Of a stretch of DNA of 64,000 nt, positions 55,901 to 64,000 are shown piece after piece (position 1 is the first letter of the stretch; each line of letters starts with the position of its first letter). Origin of the DNA: an uncultured Pseudomonadota bacterium (GTDB taxonomy: Bacteria > Oederibacteriota > Muellerivitia > Muellerivitales > Muellerivitaceae); assembly GCA_963836235.1 (NCBI GenBank), contig CAWIIP010000002.1, positions 1,056,001 to 1,120,000 of the forward strand, written 5' to 3'. The translations under genes and the position numbers were made by a program. Below the pieces are notes generated by a model. The model was not told the origin of the DNA and made no database searches. It saw only the letters and a list, made by a program, of their open reading frames with translations.

Positions 55901-57370
55901 ATGCCGAATCGAAAAACTCTCTTAATCCTTTTTCTCGGGATTTTCTTTTTTCGGCTCCTTTTTGGACTATGCCAGGCCAAGTGGATGGAAATTGACGAGC
56001 TTCAAACTTATTTGATCGGTTTGAAGTTTTACACGACCAACAGCTGGCCCTACTTTGGCCCCGATGTGAACGGTATCGAAAGCACCTTCCAAAGCCAGAT
56101 CCCCGGCGCGTTGGAAGCTCTTTTAGTAGGACTTCCCTTTTACATCCTTCCCCTCCCCGAAGCTCCTTTCATCTTTTTAAACCTGATGACGGCGGCGGGT
56201 GTCATGCTTTTGGGCTGGTACCTTTATCGGCGGATTCCCGGCCTATCGTTCGTTTGGCTTAGCCTCTGGATCGCCGTGGTCCCTTGGAGCCTTCATGAAG
56301 CTACTTTCATCCTTAATCCGGCCTATATTTTCCTTCCCTCCGTCCTTTTCTTCATCGGGTTTATGGAAGCTACACCCTCTTTCCGTTCTGGCTTGGCGCC
56401 TTTGTCTTGGTCCAACGCCCTCATGGGACTTTCCCTTTTCTGGATCATGCAATTCCATTTTTCCTACATTTACCTGATTCCCCTGACGGCCTTTTCCCTT
56501 CTATTTCAGTTGAAACAAACGCGAAAGTCCCAATGCGTTTTCTTTTTTATTCTGGGATCCCTGGCGCCTCTTGCCTTCGCCATTCCAACCTATCTCAAAT
56601 TCGGCTTATCCAGTAACAATGTAGCTTCTGGTTTTGCGGTTCCCTTCGACTGGGGAAACGTCAAAGAATTTTGGACAATTCTCGCTAGGTTCTTGTCGTT
56701 GGTATCTTTTGAAATACCGCGTTTCATCGGTGAGAATAACCATCAACGCTTCGCTTTTCTTGAAAACCACCCCTTGCTCTTAGGGCCCGGGGCCATGCTT
56801 TGGATCCTCGGTTTACTTCAACCCTTCGTTTTAGCCGCCATATGGTTTCGTGAATTACGGCTTCGTTTCCGCTGGATGTTTTGGATCTTGTTTCTGGGAC
56901 TTTGTGTTCTTTTATCCATCAGCGATATGGGTGAGGTGGTTAAGACCCTTTCCTTAACACTCGGCATCATGGCCCTCATTTTGACTTTGGGGCTTTGGCT
57001 CGGCCGTTTCCAACCGGAAAAGATCGGGCCTCAATGGCAAGGATTGAATCTTCTTCTTTTCGCCTTATTCGCGATGGTTTATACAAGTTTTTGGTTCACG
57101 ATTAAAATGCCCCTTTCCCATATTTACTTCATATTGTTTCCGTTCATCATGGCTTATTCCTGTTATTGCTGGGTCCTCTTCGTGAACGAAAAATATGGGC
57201 GGGTGTTGGCGAAAGTTATTGTGGTATTCGGAATCATTTTCCAGCTGGATTATGCCCTGACCTTGAAGGATCAATACTCCATCTATCCCCAACGGCCCCT
57301 CGTGGTTAAGGCAATCCAAGAAAAAAATTATCACTTGATGGGGGAACGCCGGCCGGGAAGCCGCTACTAA
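55901..57370 (+). CDS. Polytopic membrane protein, GT-C-like (paralog 2)
   Basis: IDELQTYLIGLKFY...WPYFGPD...QIPGALE...PEAPF, WIMQFHFS, YHLMGERRP. Confidence 0.6.
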   Translation: MPNRKTLLILFLGIFFFRLLFGLCQAKWMEIDELQTYLIGLKFYTTNSWPYFGPDVNGIESTFQSQIPGALEALLVGLPFYILPLPEAPFIFLNLMTAAGVMLLGWYLYRRIPGLSFVWLSLWIAVVPWSLHEATFILNPAYIFLPSVLFFIGFMEATPSFRSGLAPLSWSNALMGLSLFWIMQFHFSYIYLIPLTAFSLLFQLKQTRKSQCVFFFILGSLAPLAFAIPTYLKFGLSSNNVASGFAVPFDWGNVKEFWTILARFLSLVSFEIPRFIGENNHQRFAFLENHPLLLGPGAMLWILGLLQPFVLAAIWFRELRLRFRWMFWILFLGLCVLLSISDMGEVVKTLSLTLGIMALILTLGLWLGRFQPEKIGPQWQGLNLLLFALFAMVYTSFWFTIKMPLSHIYFILFPFIMAYSCYCWVLFVNEKYGRVLAKVIVVFGIIFQLDYALTLKDQYSIYPQRPLVVKAIQEKNYHLMGERRPGSRY

Positions 57371-57427
57371 TGAGAGTCGTTATAAGTTTCTAATCCTGAG
57401 TGACTTTCGTTTCCAAAAAAGGAACCC

Positions 57428-58738
57428 ATGTCTGACCACCTGAAATTCGCGTTTTTATTCTTATTCTTTTTTGTTTTTCGCACCCTCTTTGGGCTGTCCC
57501 AGCCCTTTTTCTCACCTGACGAACTCCAGACCTATCTGATCGGCTTGAAATGGTATGGCCAGGGCGGTTGGCCTTATTTCGGACCTGACCTGATCGTGAC
57601 CGAGACCGGTTTTTATAGTCAAATTCCAGGGCCGCTGGAAGCCTGGATGGTAGGCGGTCCACTCCTCCTTTTTCCTTTTCCGGAAGCGCCATTTATTTTT
57701 TTGAATTTTCTTTCCACTGTGGCCTTGGCGATTTTTTCTTGGTATTTCTCTAAACGCCTAACCGGCCTTCCCCTCTTTTTCATTTTCGCTTGGATCTCGA
57801 TCCTGCCTTGGAATTTGCATGAATCTACTAATCCGCTCAATCCTTCCTATCTTTTATTAGGAAGTATCTTATTCTTCCTCGGCTTTTTTGAAGCCGTTCC
57901 TTCCCTGACCCAGAATGTCCTGAAACCGGCTGTGGCTTTTGCCTTCATGGGTTTCGGACTCTTTTGGGACATGCAGTTTCACAACTCCTGGGTGCTTTTG
58001 CCTCCTTTCGTGCTTTTGGCCATCGGACTGCGAATCCGGGATAAGAAATTCCAAATCGCTCAAAACCTTCTCCCCTTCTTGGCGGGCGCGGCGCCTCTGG
58101 TAGGGTTATTGGTTCCGACTTACCTTAAATATGGCCTGAACCGTGGCGCCGGCGGATTCCATCTTTTCGAGCTTTTCAACACCCAAAATTTTCTGGCTTT
58201 TTTCACCATCCTAGGAAGATTTTTTTCCCTACCTTGTTTTGAAACACTTCGCTACATCGGTTTTAATACATCCCAACGCTGGGCTTTTCTTGTCCAATCC
58301 CTTTGGTTCTTTGTACCCGGTCTATGGATGGTCCTCATGGGTTGGATTCAGCCATTAATTCTTTTCATTCTGGGTTGGTCCAAGGATGAAAAACATAAAG
58401 ATTTCCAAATCCTCTCAAAAGTGGTTCTTTTCGCCTTTTTAGTGGTTTGGATTAGTTTTTGGTTTACCTCCAAGGAGCCCCTGGCACATATTTACTATAT
58501 TCTTATGCCCCTTTTAACAGCTTACTCTATATATATCTGGAGTCGGTTTGCCCATCGGCCAGGGTGGCGCTTGTTAGGGCTGGTTTGTATCATGGCCAAC
58601 CTATGGTTCCAGTCGGGCTTCATGATTCGAATGTGGAAAACCCAGTCCCTTTACACGAACCGAACCTTAGTGGTCCAAGCCATCCAAGCGAAGAATTACC
58701 GGATATTAGGAGAACGGCGCCCAGGGAGTGACAACTGA
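57428..58738 (+). CDS. Polytopic membrane protein, GT-C-like (paralog 3)
   Basis: PDELQTYLIGLKWY...WPYFGPD...QIPGPLE...PEAPF, WDMQFHNS, YRILGERRP. Confidence 0.6.
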   Translation: MSDHLKFAFLFLFFFVFRTLFGLSQPFFSPDELQTYLIGLKWYGQGGWPYFGPDLIVTETGFYSQIPGPLEAWMVGGPLLLFPFPEAPFIFLNFLSTVALAIFSWYFSKRLTGLPLFFIFAWISILPWNLHESTNPLNPSYLLLGSILFFLGFFEAVPSLTQNVLKPAVAFAFMGFGLFWDMQFHNSWVLLPPFVLLAIGLRIRDKKFQIAQNLLPFLAGAAPLVGLLVPTYLKYGLNRGAGGFHLFELFNTQNFLAFFTILGRFFSLPCFETLRYIGFNTSQRWAFLVQSLWFFVPGLWMVLMGWIQPLILFILGWSKDEKHKDFQILSKVVLFAFLVVWISFWFTSKEPLAHIYYILMPLLTAYSIYIWSRFAHRPGWRLLGLVCIMANLWFQSGFMIRMWKTQSLYTNRTLVVQAIQAKNYRILGERRPGSDN

Positions 58739-58764
58739 ATAAAGTTTTAAATTTTGGAGAAAAT

Positions 58765-60336
58765 ATGATCCGCAAATTGGTGTTTTTCTTGGTGTTGACT
58801 GGCACGGTTTCCGCCGCCGATATTAATTTTTTAGTGATGCCCGACGAGGTCGTTGGCCCCATCAGCCCCTATATTTACGGGGTGAATGATGTGGACCCGG
58901 GAGACGTCAATACCACCGTCCGCCGCCTGGGCGGCAATCGCATGACGGGTTATAACTGGACCAACAACGCCTCCAACGCGGGCAACGACTGGCACCACAT
59001 GAGTGACAACTGGCTTTGTGATAGTCATCAATACAAGGACTGCGACCAACCCGGAGCCTTCGCCAAACATTTTGTGGAAGCGAACCAGAAATACGGGGTC
59101 GACACTCTCATGACGGTTCCCTTGGCGGGCTTCGTGGCCGCCGATAAGAACGGTGAAGTTTCAGACAAGGAAGCTGCTCCCAACCGACGTTGGAAAAAAA
59201 TTGAGTTCCATAAGAAACGACCCTATACCCTGACCCCTGATCCCAATAACCCCATCGTCTATGAGGATGAGTTCATCAACTTCATGGTCTCCAACTTCAA
59301 GAAAGCGGACGAAGGGGGCGTAAAATTTTACGATTTGGATAATGAACCGGGAATATGGCCCTCCACCCATCCCCGCATTCACCCCGAAAAGACCAGCTAC
59401 TGGGAAATGTCCAACAAAACAGAAGCCGCCGCCGAGAATATTCTCAGGGTAGACCCGACCGCCATAATCTTTGGTGGCGTCTGTTATGGTTGGCAGGAAT
59501 TTATGACTCTCCAAAACGCGCCCGAAAGTAAGGACGCTTCCATCATCCAAAAATTTCCTACTTATCTGGACTTTTACCTGGATTTCATCCACCACTTGGA
59601 AATCACTTATCACCAACGGCTCGTCCGAGTGTTGGACCTGCATTGGTATCCCGAGGCCCAAGGCGGGGGGAAGCGCATCACCGAAAATGATATTTCTTCC
59701 GACTCCATTGAAGCTCGTTTACAAGCTCCCCGAAGCCTTTGGGACCCGGGTTACGTGGAGAAAAGCTGGATCACCCAATGGTCGACCAAAGGTCAACCGA
59801 TCCAATTGATTCCGTGGGTGCAGCAAAAAATCGACAAGTGGTGTCCGGGAACCAAGCTGGCCTTCAGTGAATATGACTATGGGGCGGGAAACCACATTTC
59901 CGGGGGAATCGCCCAGGCGGATGTCTTGGGAATATTTGGCAAATACGGCATTTTCATGTCCAACTATTGGGGGGATTTGAAACCGTACAACCGGGCCGCC
60001 TTCAAGCTCTACCGAAATTATGACGGTAAGAATAGCACCATCGGCGATACCTCGGTTTCAGCCGCCACGGAAGACGTCACCAAAACTTCCTGTTACGCCG
60101 CCACGGACAGCAAAACCCCCGGAGTTCTTTGGGTGGTTGTCTTGAACAAGAACCAAAAAGATTCCATCCACGGCAAATTCAAGTTTCAGGGCAAGGAAAT
60201 CTATGCTTCTTACGAAGCCTACTCCTTTAACGCGGAATCACCTGACATCAAATTGGTCAGAAAAGATAAGGTGGACAAAGACCATTTTGATTATTCCCTG
60301 CCGCCTCTCTCCGCCACTTTGTTTGTTTGCCGTTAA
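58765..60336 (+). CDS. GH44 endoglucanase/xyloglucanase, secreted, with no stalk or CTD
   Basis: ISPYIYG, RLGGNRMTGYNW..NASNAGNDW, LDNEPGIW..THPRIHP, LDLHWYPEA, AFSEYDYG. Confidence 0.92.
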   Translation: MIRKLVFFLVLTGTVSAADINFLVMPDEVVGPISPYIYGVNDVDPGDVNTTVRRLGGNRMTGYNWTNNASNAGNDWHHMSDNWLCDSHQYKDCDQPGAFAKHFVEANQKYGVDTLMTVPLAGFVAADKNGEVSDKEAAPNRRWKKIEFHKKRPYTLTPDPNNPIVYEDEFINFMVSNFKKADEGGVKFYDLDNEPGIWPSTHPRIHPEKTSYWEMSNKTEAAAENILRVDPTAIIFGGVCYGWQEFMTLQNAPESKDASIIQKFPTYLDFYLDFIHHLEITYHQRLVRVLDLHWYPEAQGGGKRITENDISSDSIEARLQAPRSLWDPGYVEKSWITQWSTKGQPIQLIPWVQQKIDKWCPGTKLAFSEYDYGAGNHISGGIAQADVLGIFGKYGIFMSNYWGDLKPYNRAAFKLYRNYDGKNSTIGDTSVSAATEDVTKTSCYAATDSKTPGVLWVVVLNKNQKDSIHGKFKFQGKEIYASYEAYSFNAESPDIKLVRKDKVDKDHFDYSLPPLSATLFVCR

Positions 60337-60586
60337 ACCCCGTTATCGGGAAATCGTTTCGTTATCGAAGCGCTTTTCTCTTAAAGCTTGGAAAAAGATA
60401 TCAAACAAAAAGACATATTTTATTTCCTAAAATTGTTTATCCTTTCGGCTTTTTTCCTAGATCACAAATTAAGCTTTACCGGAATCAAATTGTCAGGTAG
60501 CGTATTCCGCTCACGGTGGGAAAATCGTTTATTCTTTTTACAACGCTTTAAAATTCTTGAACAAGAAAATGAATAAGGAGTTAATC

Positions 60587-62068
60587 ATGAAGAAGTTTAT
60601 GGCGCTGTTTATCTTATTAGGTTGTGTCATTTTGGGATCTTTGGGATGTCCTTCTAAAAACCCTGTAAGCCCCTTATCCGTGGCCAATTCCCCTACCCCA
60701 GTTAATACGGCCACCAATACTCCCACTCGAACGACATCGGGAACACCCACTAAAACTTCAACAACAACTCCGACGGCGACACCTTCCAATACCGCGACAA
60801 ATAGCCCTACTTCCACGGTTTCCAATACCGCCACCAATTCTGGTACGCCTACCGCATCCGGCACACCCACTAACACGGCTTCTAATACCGCAACGGCAAC
60901 TCCCTCAAGCACAGCGACTAACACGGCAACCAGCACAGCCTCCGCTACTCCTTGCCAGGCGGCTTCTTTCCAAGCAACCTATTCTTTCAACAATGGTATT
61001 CAATGTTGGGCACCGACTACCGGTTCAGCGTACGTTACGGATTGGACAATCTCGAGTACTCATACCGCCCCTTCCGGTAACGATTCTCTCGTCGCAACCA
61101 TCAACAATACTTCAGGATCAAATCAAAGCGTTCAGCTTCAACTCATTTTTTCAACCCCTCAGAACATGACCGGTTATGACATTGTTGCTTACGTTTATAT
61201 TGACCCAACCTTGGCGGCGCCTGCCTCTAGTTACACCACTGGGTTGCAAGGCCCCTTTGATGAAAGTACGGGTAGTAACATATTTGAATCGCCTTGGAAT
61301 AATGTCGGCTCTGGAACTGGTGCCACGAATGTAGGCGCTTGGTTCCCGGTTACCCTCGTCGTTGGGTCATCGGGTGGTACCGCATCCTCGGTTAATTCGA
61401 TTGGGATCCAATTAACCAACATGCCGGCGGGCGCAACCGGTAATTTATACCTTGCCGATGTTAGTATCTTTATTCCCGCGGGGCCAACCGCTACACCCAC
61501 GACCGTCCCCAATTATTCCTGGACCTTCGAGGACGGTTCGACGGATGGATTTTATGTTGACTACAATACAGGAGATACCATTACGCCTAACTCCTACGCC
61601 AATTTGGGGATCAGTAACGCTTCAGGTGGCGTGAGCGCCCTGGATATGACCATGATAAGCGGGGCTGGTGGCGGAAATGATATGCAAATAGAATCCAATT
61701 ACGTTTCTGTCAGCGGATCGAACGGTTTCCCTATTAACTTCAGTGCCATTGGTGCGGTGGGTGTCCGCATACAGGTTTACGTGATGCCCGATGCCGCGGG
61801 TTCTTCCGGCTTCGGAGCCGCCAATTATGTAAAAACCACTAGTGGGGATGTTTACGGTACGGGTGGTGTCGGTACCGAAATACCCGGGGGATACAGCTAT
61901 ACCAGCCTTACATCTGGCGCATGGACTCAGGTATCCCTTCAGCCATCCGGAACCAATTGGGCAACCGATGAAACAAGCGTAACAGGGATTGGCATCGAGC
62001 TTAATGTCTACGGCGGGACGCAGGCCACCGCTGGAGATTACATTATCGATAATATGCAACTTTATTAA
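60587..62068 (+). CDS. Lipoprotein: Thr stalk + two beta-sandwich (CBM-like) domains
   Basis: AAGGAG RBS; lipobox GSLGC; domains YSFNNGIQCW...LYLADVSI and WTFEDGSTDGF...YIIDNMQLY. Confidence 0.72.
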   Translation: MKKFMALFILLGCVILGSLGCPSKNPVSPLSVANSPTPVNTATNTPTRTTSGTPTKTSTTTPTATPSNTATNSPTSTVSNTATNSGTPTASGTPTNTASNTATATPSSTATNTATSTASATPCQAASFQATYSFNNGIQCWAPTTGSAYVTDWTISSTHTAPSGNDSLVATINNTSGSNQSVQLQLIFSTPQNMTGYDIVAYVYIDPTLAAPASSYTTGLQGPFDESTGSNIFESPWNNVGSGTGATNVGAWFPVTLVVGSSGGTASSVNSIGIQLTNMPAGATGNLYLADVSIFIPAGPTATPTTVPNYSWTFEDGSTDGFYVDYNTGDTITPNSYANLGISNASGGVSALDMTMISGAGGGNDMQIESNYVSVSGSNGFPINFSAIGAVGVRIQVYVMPDAAGSSGFGAANYVKTTSGDVYGTGGVGTEIPGGYSYTSLTSGAWTQVSLQPSGTNWATDETSVTGIGIELNVYGGTQATAGDYIIDNMQLY

Positions 62069-62088
62069 ATCTTAAATCCACTTGTTCT

Positions 62089-62123
62089 AAGGGCGTTTCG
62101 TGAAATGCGAAACGCCCTTTTTT
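62089..62123. terminator. Intrinsic terminator, probably bidirectional
   Basis: AAGGGCGTTTCG-tgaaatg-CGAAACGCCCTT followed by a T run. Confidence 0.85.
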
Positions 62124-62155
62124 ATTTAATCAATCGTTTAATGGCTTTCACAGTA

Positions 62156-63004
62156 TCAAACCTTTGGAAAACGGCTCCAGAGAAACATTCTTCCCATACC
62201 CCACTCCCAAAGCCAGTCGGGCAACAACCATCGTAGGTAATAGAGAACGCGGTCATCCCCTTTTACCAAGTAACGCCGTTTCATGGGCTTGTCCTCCAAC
62301 GCTTTAAAAACCGTTTGCACGAAAATTTCCACCGGCGCGGCCTTAGTAAAACGTCCCTTTTGCCAGTTCTCCATTTGAAAGGTAAAAGGGGTGTAAGGCG
62401 AGTGAGAAGATTTCACCTTTTGTCCCATCCGGGCATTTTGGACCACGTTGGTTTGCACTTCACCCGGATTGATCTCCGTGACATCGATGCCCCAAGGCCG
62501 GCCTTCCATCCGCAGGGCTTCGGTGATCGAGTTCACCGCAAACTTCGTGGCGGAATAGGCCCCTAGGAAAGGTGTCCCCATGAAGCCCGCGATGCTCCCG
62601 ACATTAATGATTTTTCCCGAACCTTGCTTTCGCATAGAGGGCAGGACCGCCCGCGTGACCCTCAAGAGCCCGAAAACATTGGTTTGGAATTGGGCCTCTA
62701 TGTCGGAATCGGACAAGTCTTCCCAGCATCCAGCCATTACGAACCCGGCGTTATTGAGAAGCGCGTCGATTCGGCCTTCGCGCTTGAGGATTTGCCGAAC
62801 CGCGCGATCCACGGAGGATTTCCGGTCCACATCCATTAACAAGGGGTAAAGAGTCAGGCTTTTGGATAACTGCCATAAATGGCCCGCCTTTCGGGGGTTG
62901 CGATAGGTGGCATAAACCCGATAGCCCTTTTCGGCCAGGGCCTGGGCCGTGGCCAAACCGAACCCTGAATTGGCTCCCGTTATGAGGACAACCAAGGGGG
63001 TCAT
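62156..63004 (-). CDS. Short-chain dehydrogenase/reductase
   Basis: ITGANSGFG, NNAG, YSATK. Start at MTPLVV overlaps the upstream stop (ATGA). Confidence 0.9.
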   Translation of the reverse strand: MTPLVVLITGANSGFGLATAQALAEKGYRVYATYRNPRKAGHLWQLSKSLTLYPLLMDVDRKSSVDRAVRQILKREGRIDALLNNAGFVMAGCWEDLSDSDIEAQFQTNVFGLLRVTRAVLPSMRKQGSGKIINVGSIAGFMGTPFLGAYSATKFAVNSITEALRMEGRPWGIDVTEINPGEVQTNVVQNARMGQKVKSSHSPYTPFTFQMENWQKGRFTKAAPVEIFVQTVFKALEDKPMKRRYLVKGDDRVLYYLRWLLPDWLWEWGMGRMFLWSRFPKV

Positions 63005-63855
63005 GGCCGAGCCTCTTTTTGGAACTGGGAATATCGGGTTTGCAAAACCCGGTCGTAAAGGAAATCCGGAAGGAACCAACGGATCAAAGGAAAAAAGACC
63101 GCGTCCCTCCCCACAGGATACCGCACAGCCATTCGGGACGACCGCAAAGCTTTTAGGATTGCTTTCGCCACCCTGTTCGGTCCTGGAGCTGACGAAGGGG
63201 GATGGTCTCCGAAATAAAGGACTCTTTCCAACACACTCTGGTATACGGACTTCTTTTCAAGAAAGATTTTGGCCTTGCGCCGGTTGACCTTAAAGGGAGT
63301 CTTGATGTTCCCGGGCTCCACCACCGCCACCTGAATATTGAAAGGACGGACTTCCAAGCGGAGGCTTTCTGTAATGGCTTCCACCGCGTATTTGCTGGAA
63401 CAATAAAGGCCGATCCCGGCGAATGTCATTTTACCGGCAAGGGACCCGATATGAAGAATACGGCCGGATTTTTGCGCCCGCATCACCGGTAACACAGCCC
63501 GCGTGACCCTCAAAAGGCCGAAGACATTGGTCTCGTACTGGGCCCGGATCTCCTCATCGGAAAACTCCTCTAAAGCGCCAAAGGCTCCCCACCCCGCGTT
63601 ATTGACGAGCACGTCGATTCGGCCCGCTTTTTTAACAATAGCGGCAATCGCCCTTTTTACGGACGGAAATTTGTCCACGTCCAATTGCAGAATTTCAACC
63701 GGCAAACCGGCTGAAGCTTCCTTCAAGGGACGCGTTTTTTTCAGGTCTCGCATCGTCGCGAAAACCCGATAACCATGGTGGGCTAAAAGAAGCGCGGTTT
63801 CAAAACCAATACCAGTGGAGCACCCCGAAATTAAAACAACTTTTTGGTCTTCCAC
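63001..63855 (-). CDS. Short-chain dehydrogenase/reductase (tandem paralog)
   Basis: ISGCSTGIG, NNAG, YCSSK. Confidence 0.9.
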   Translation of the reverse strand: MEDQKVVLISGCSTGIGFETALLLAHHGYRVFATMRDLKKTRPLKEASAGLPVEILQLDVDKFPSVKRAIAAIVKKAGRIDVLVNNAGWGAFGALEEFSDEEIRAQYETNVFGLLRVTRAVLPVMRAQKSGRILHIGSLAGKMTFAGIGLYCSSKYAVEAITESLRLEVRPFNIQVAVVEPGNIKTPFKVNRRKAKIFLEKKSVYQSVLERVLYFGDHPPSSAPGPNRVAKAILKALRSSRMAVRYPVGRDAVFFPLIRWFLPDFLYDRVLQTRYSQFQKEARP

Positions 63856-64000
63856 GAAATTTCCTTCTGACTTTCAGAAATAAAGAAAAACAATATTGTT
63901 TCATACTATGAGGGGCGCTAATGTGGCCGGGGAAAAACTATGGCATAGGCCGGATCAAAAGGCAAATAGGCCAAGGATAAAATTTTCTTTTACGGTGATT

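Overview
This window holds a ~49 kb, single-strand (minus) cluster of secreted plant-polysaccharide-degrading enzymes: 2x GH30, CE4-like deacetylase, clan-A GH51-like, GH28, PL1, GH43, GH53, PL4, GH9, GH8 and GH5, plus two ~600-aa AraC regulators. Ten of the enzymes share one plan: signal peptide, catalytic domain, a very long Thr/Ser/Pro stalk, an optional unnamed Ig-like module, and an ~80-aa C-terminal domain (YPNP...FTxAFRKV...LAxGxYY...KLLxxR) resembling a type IX secretion (T9SS) sorting tail. Three lipoproteins show the mirror-image plan (lipid anchor, stalk, distal domain). Embedded in the cluster is a four-gene unit: ECF sigma, anti-sigma with a FlgD/CTD-like domain, PorV-like beta-barrel with TPR, and a cargo protein with a different CTD. 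Downstream are three tandem GT-C/PMT-like membrane proteins (candidate stalk glycosylation machinery), GH44, a STAND-TPR protein with a degenerate cyclase domain, and SDRs. Two palindromic operator families appear to divide the cluster into pectin/xylan and cellulose regulons. Stalk and CTD DNA is swapped near-identically between genes. No SusC/D, canonical cohesin/dockerin, RNA genes, CRISPR or mobile elements were seen. All family calls come from motif recognition by eye, not from database searches.
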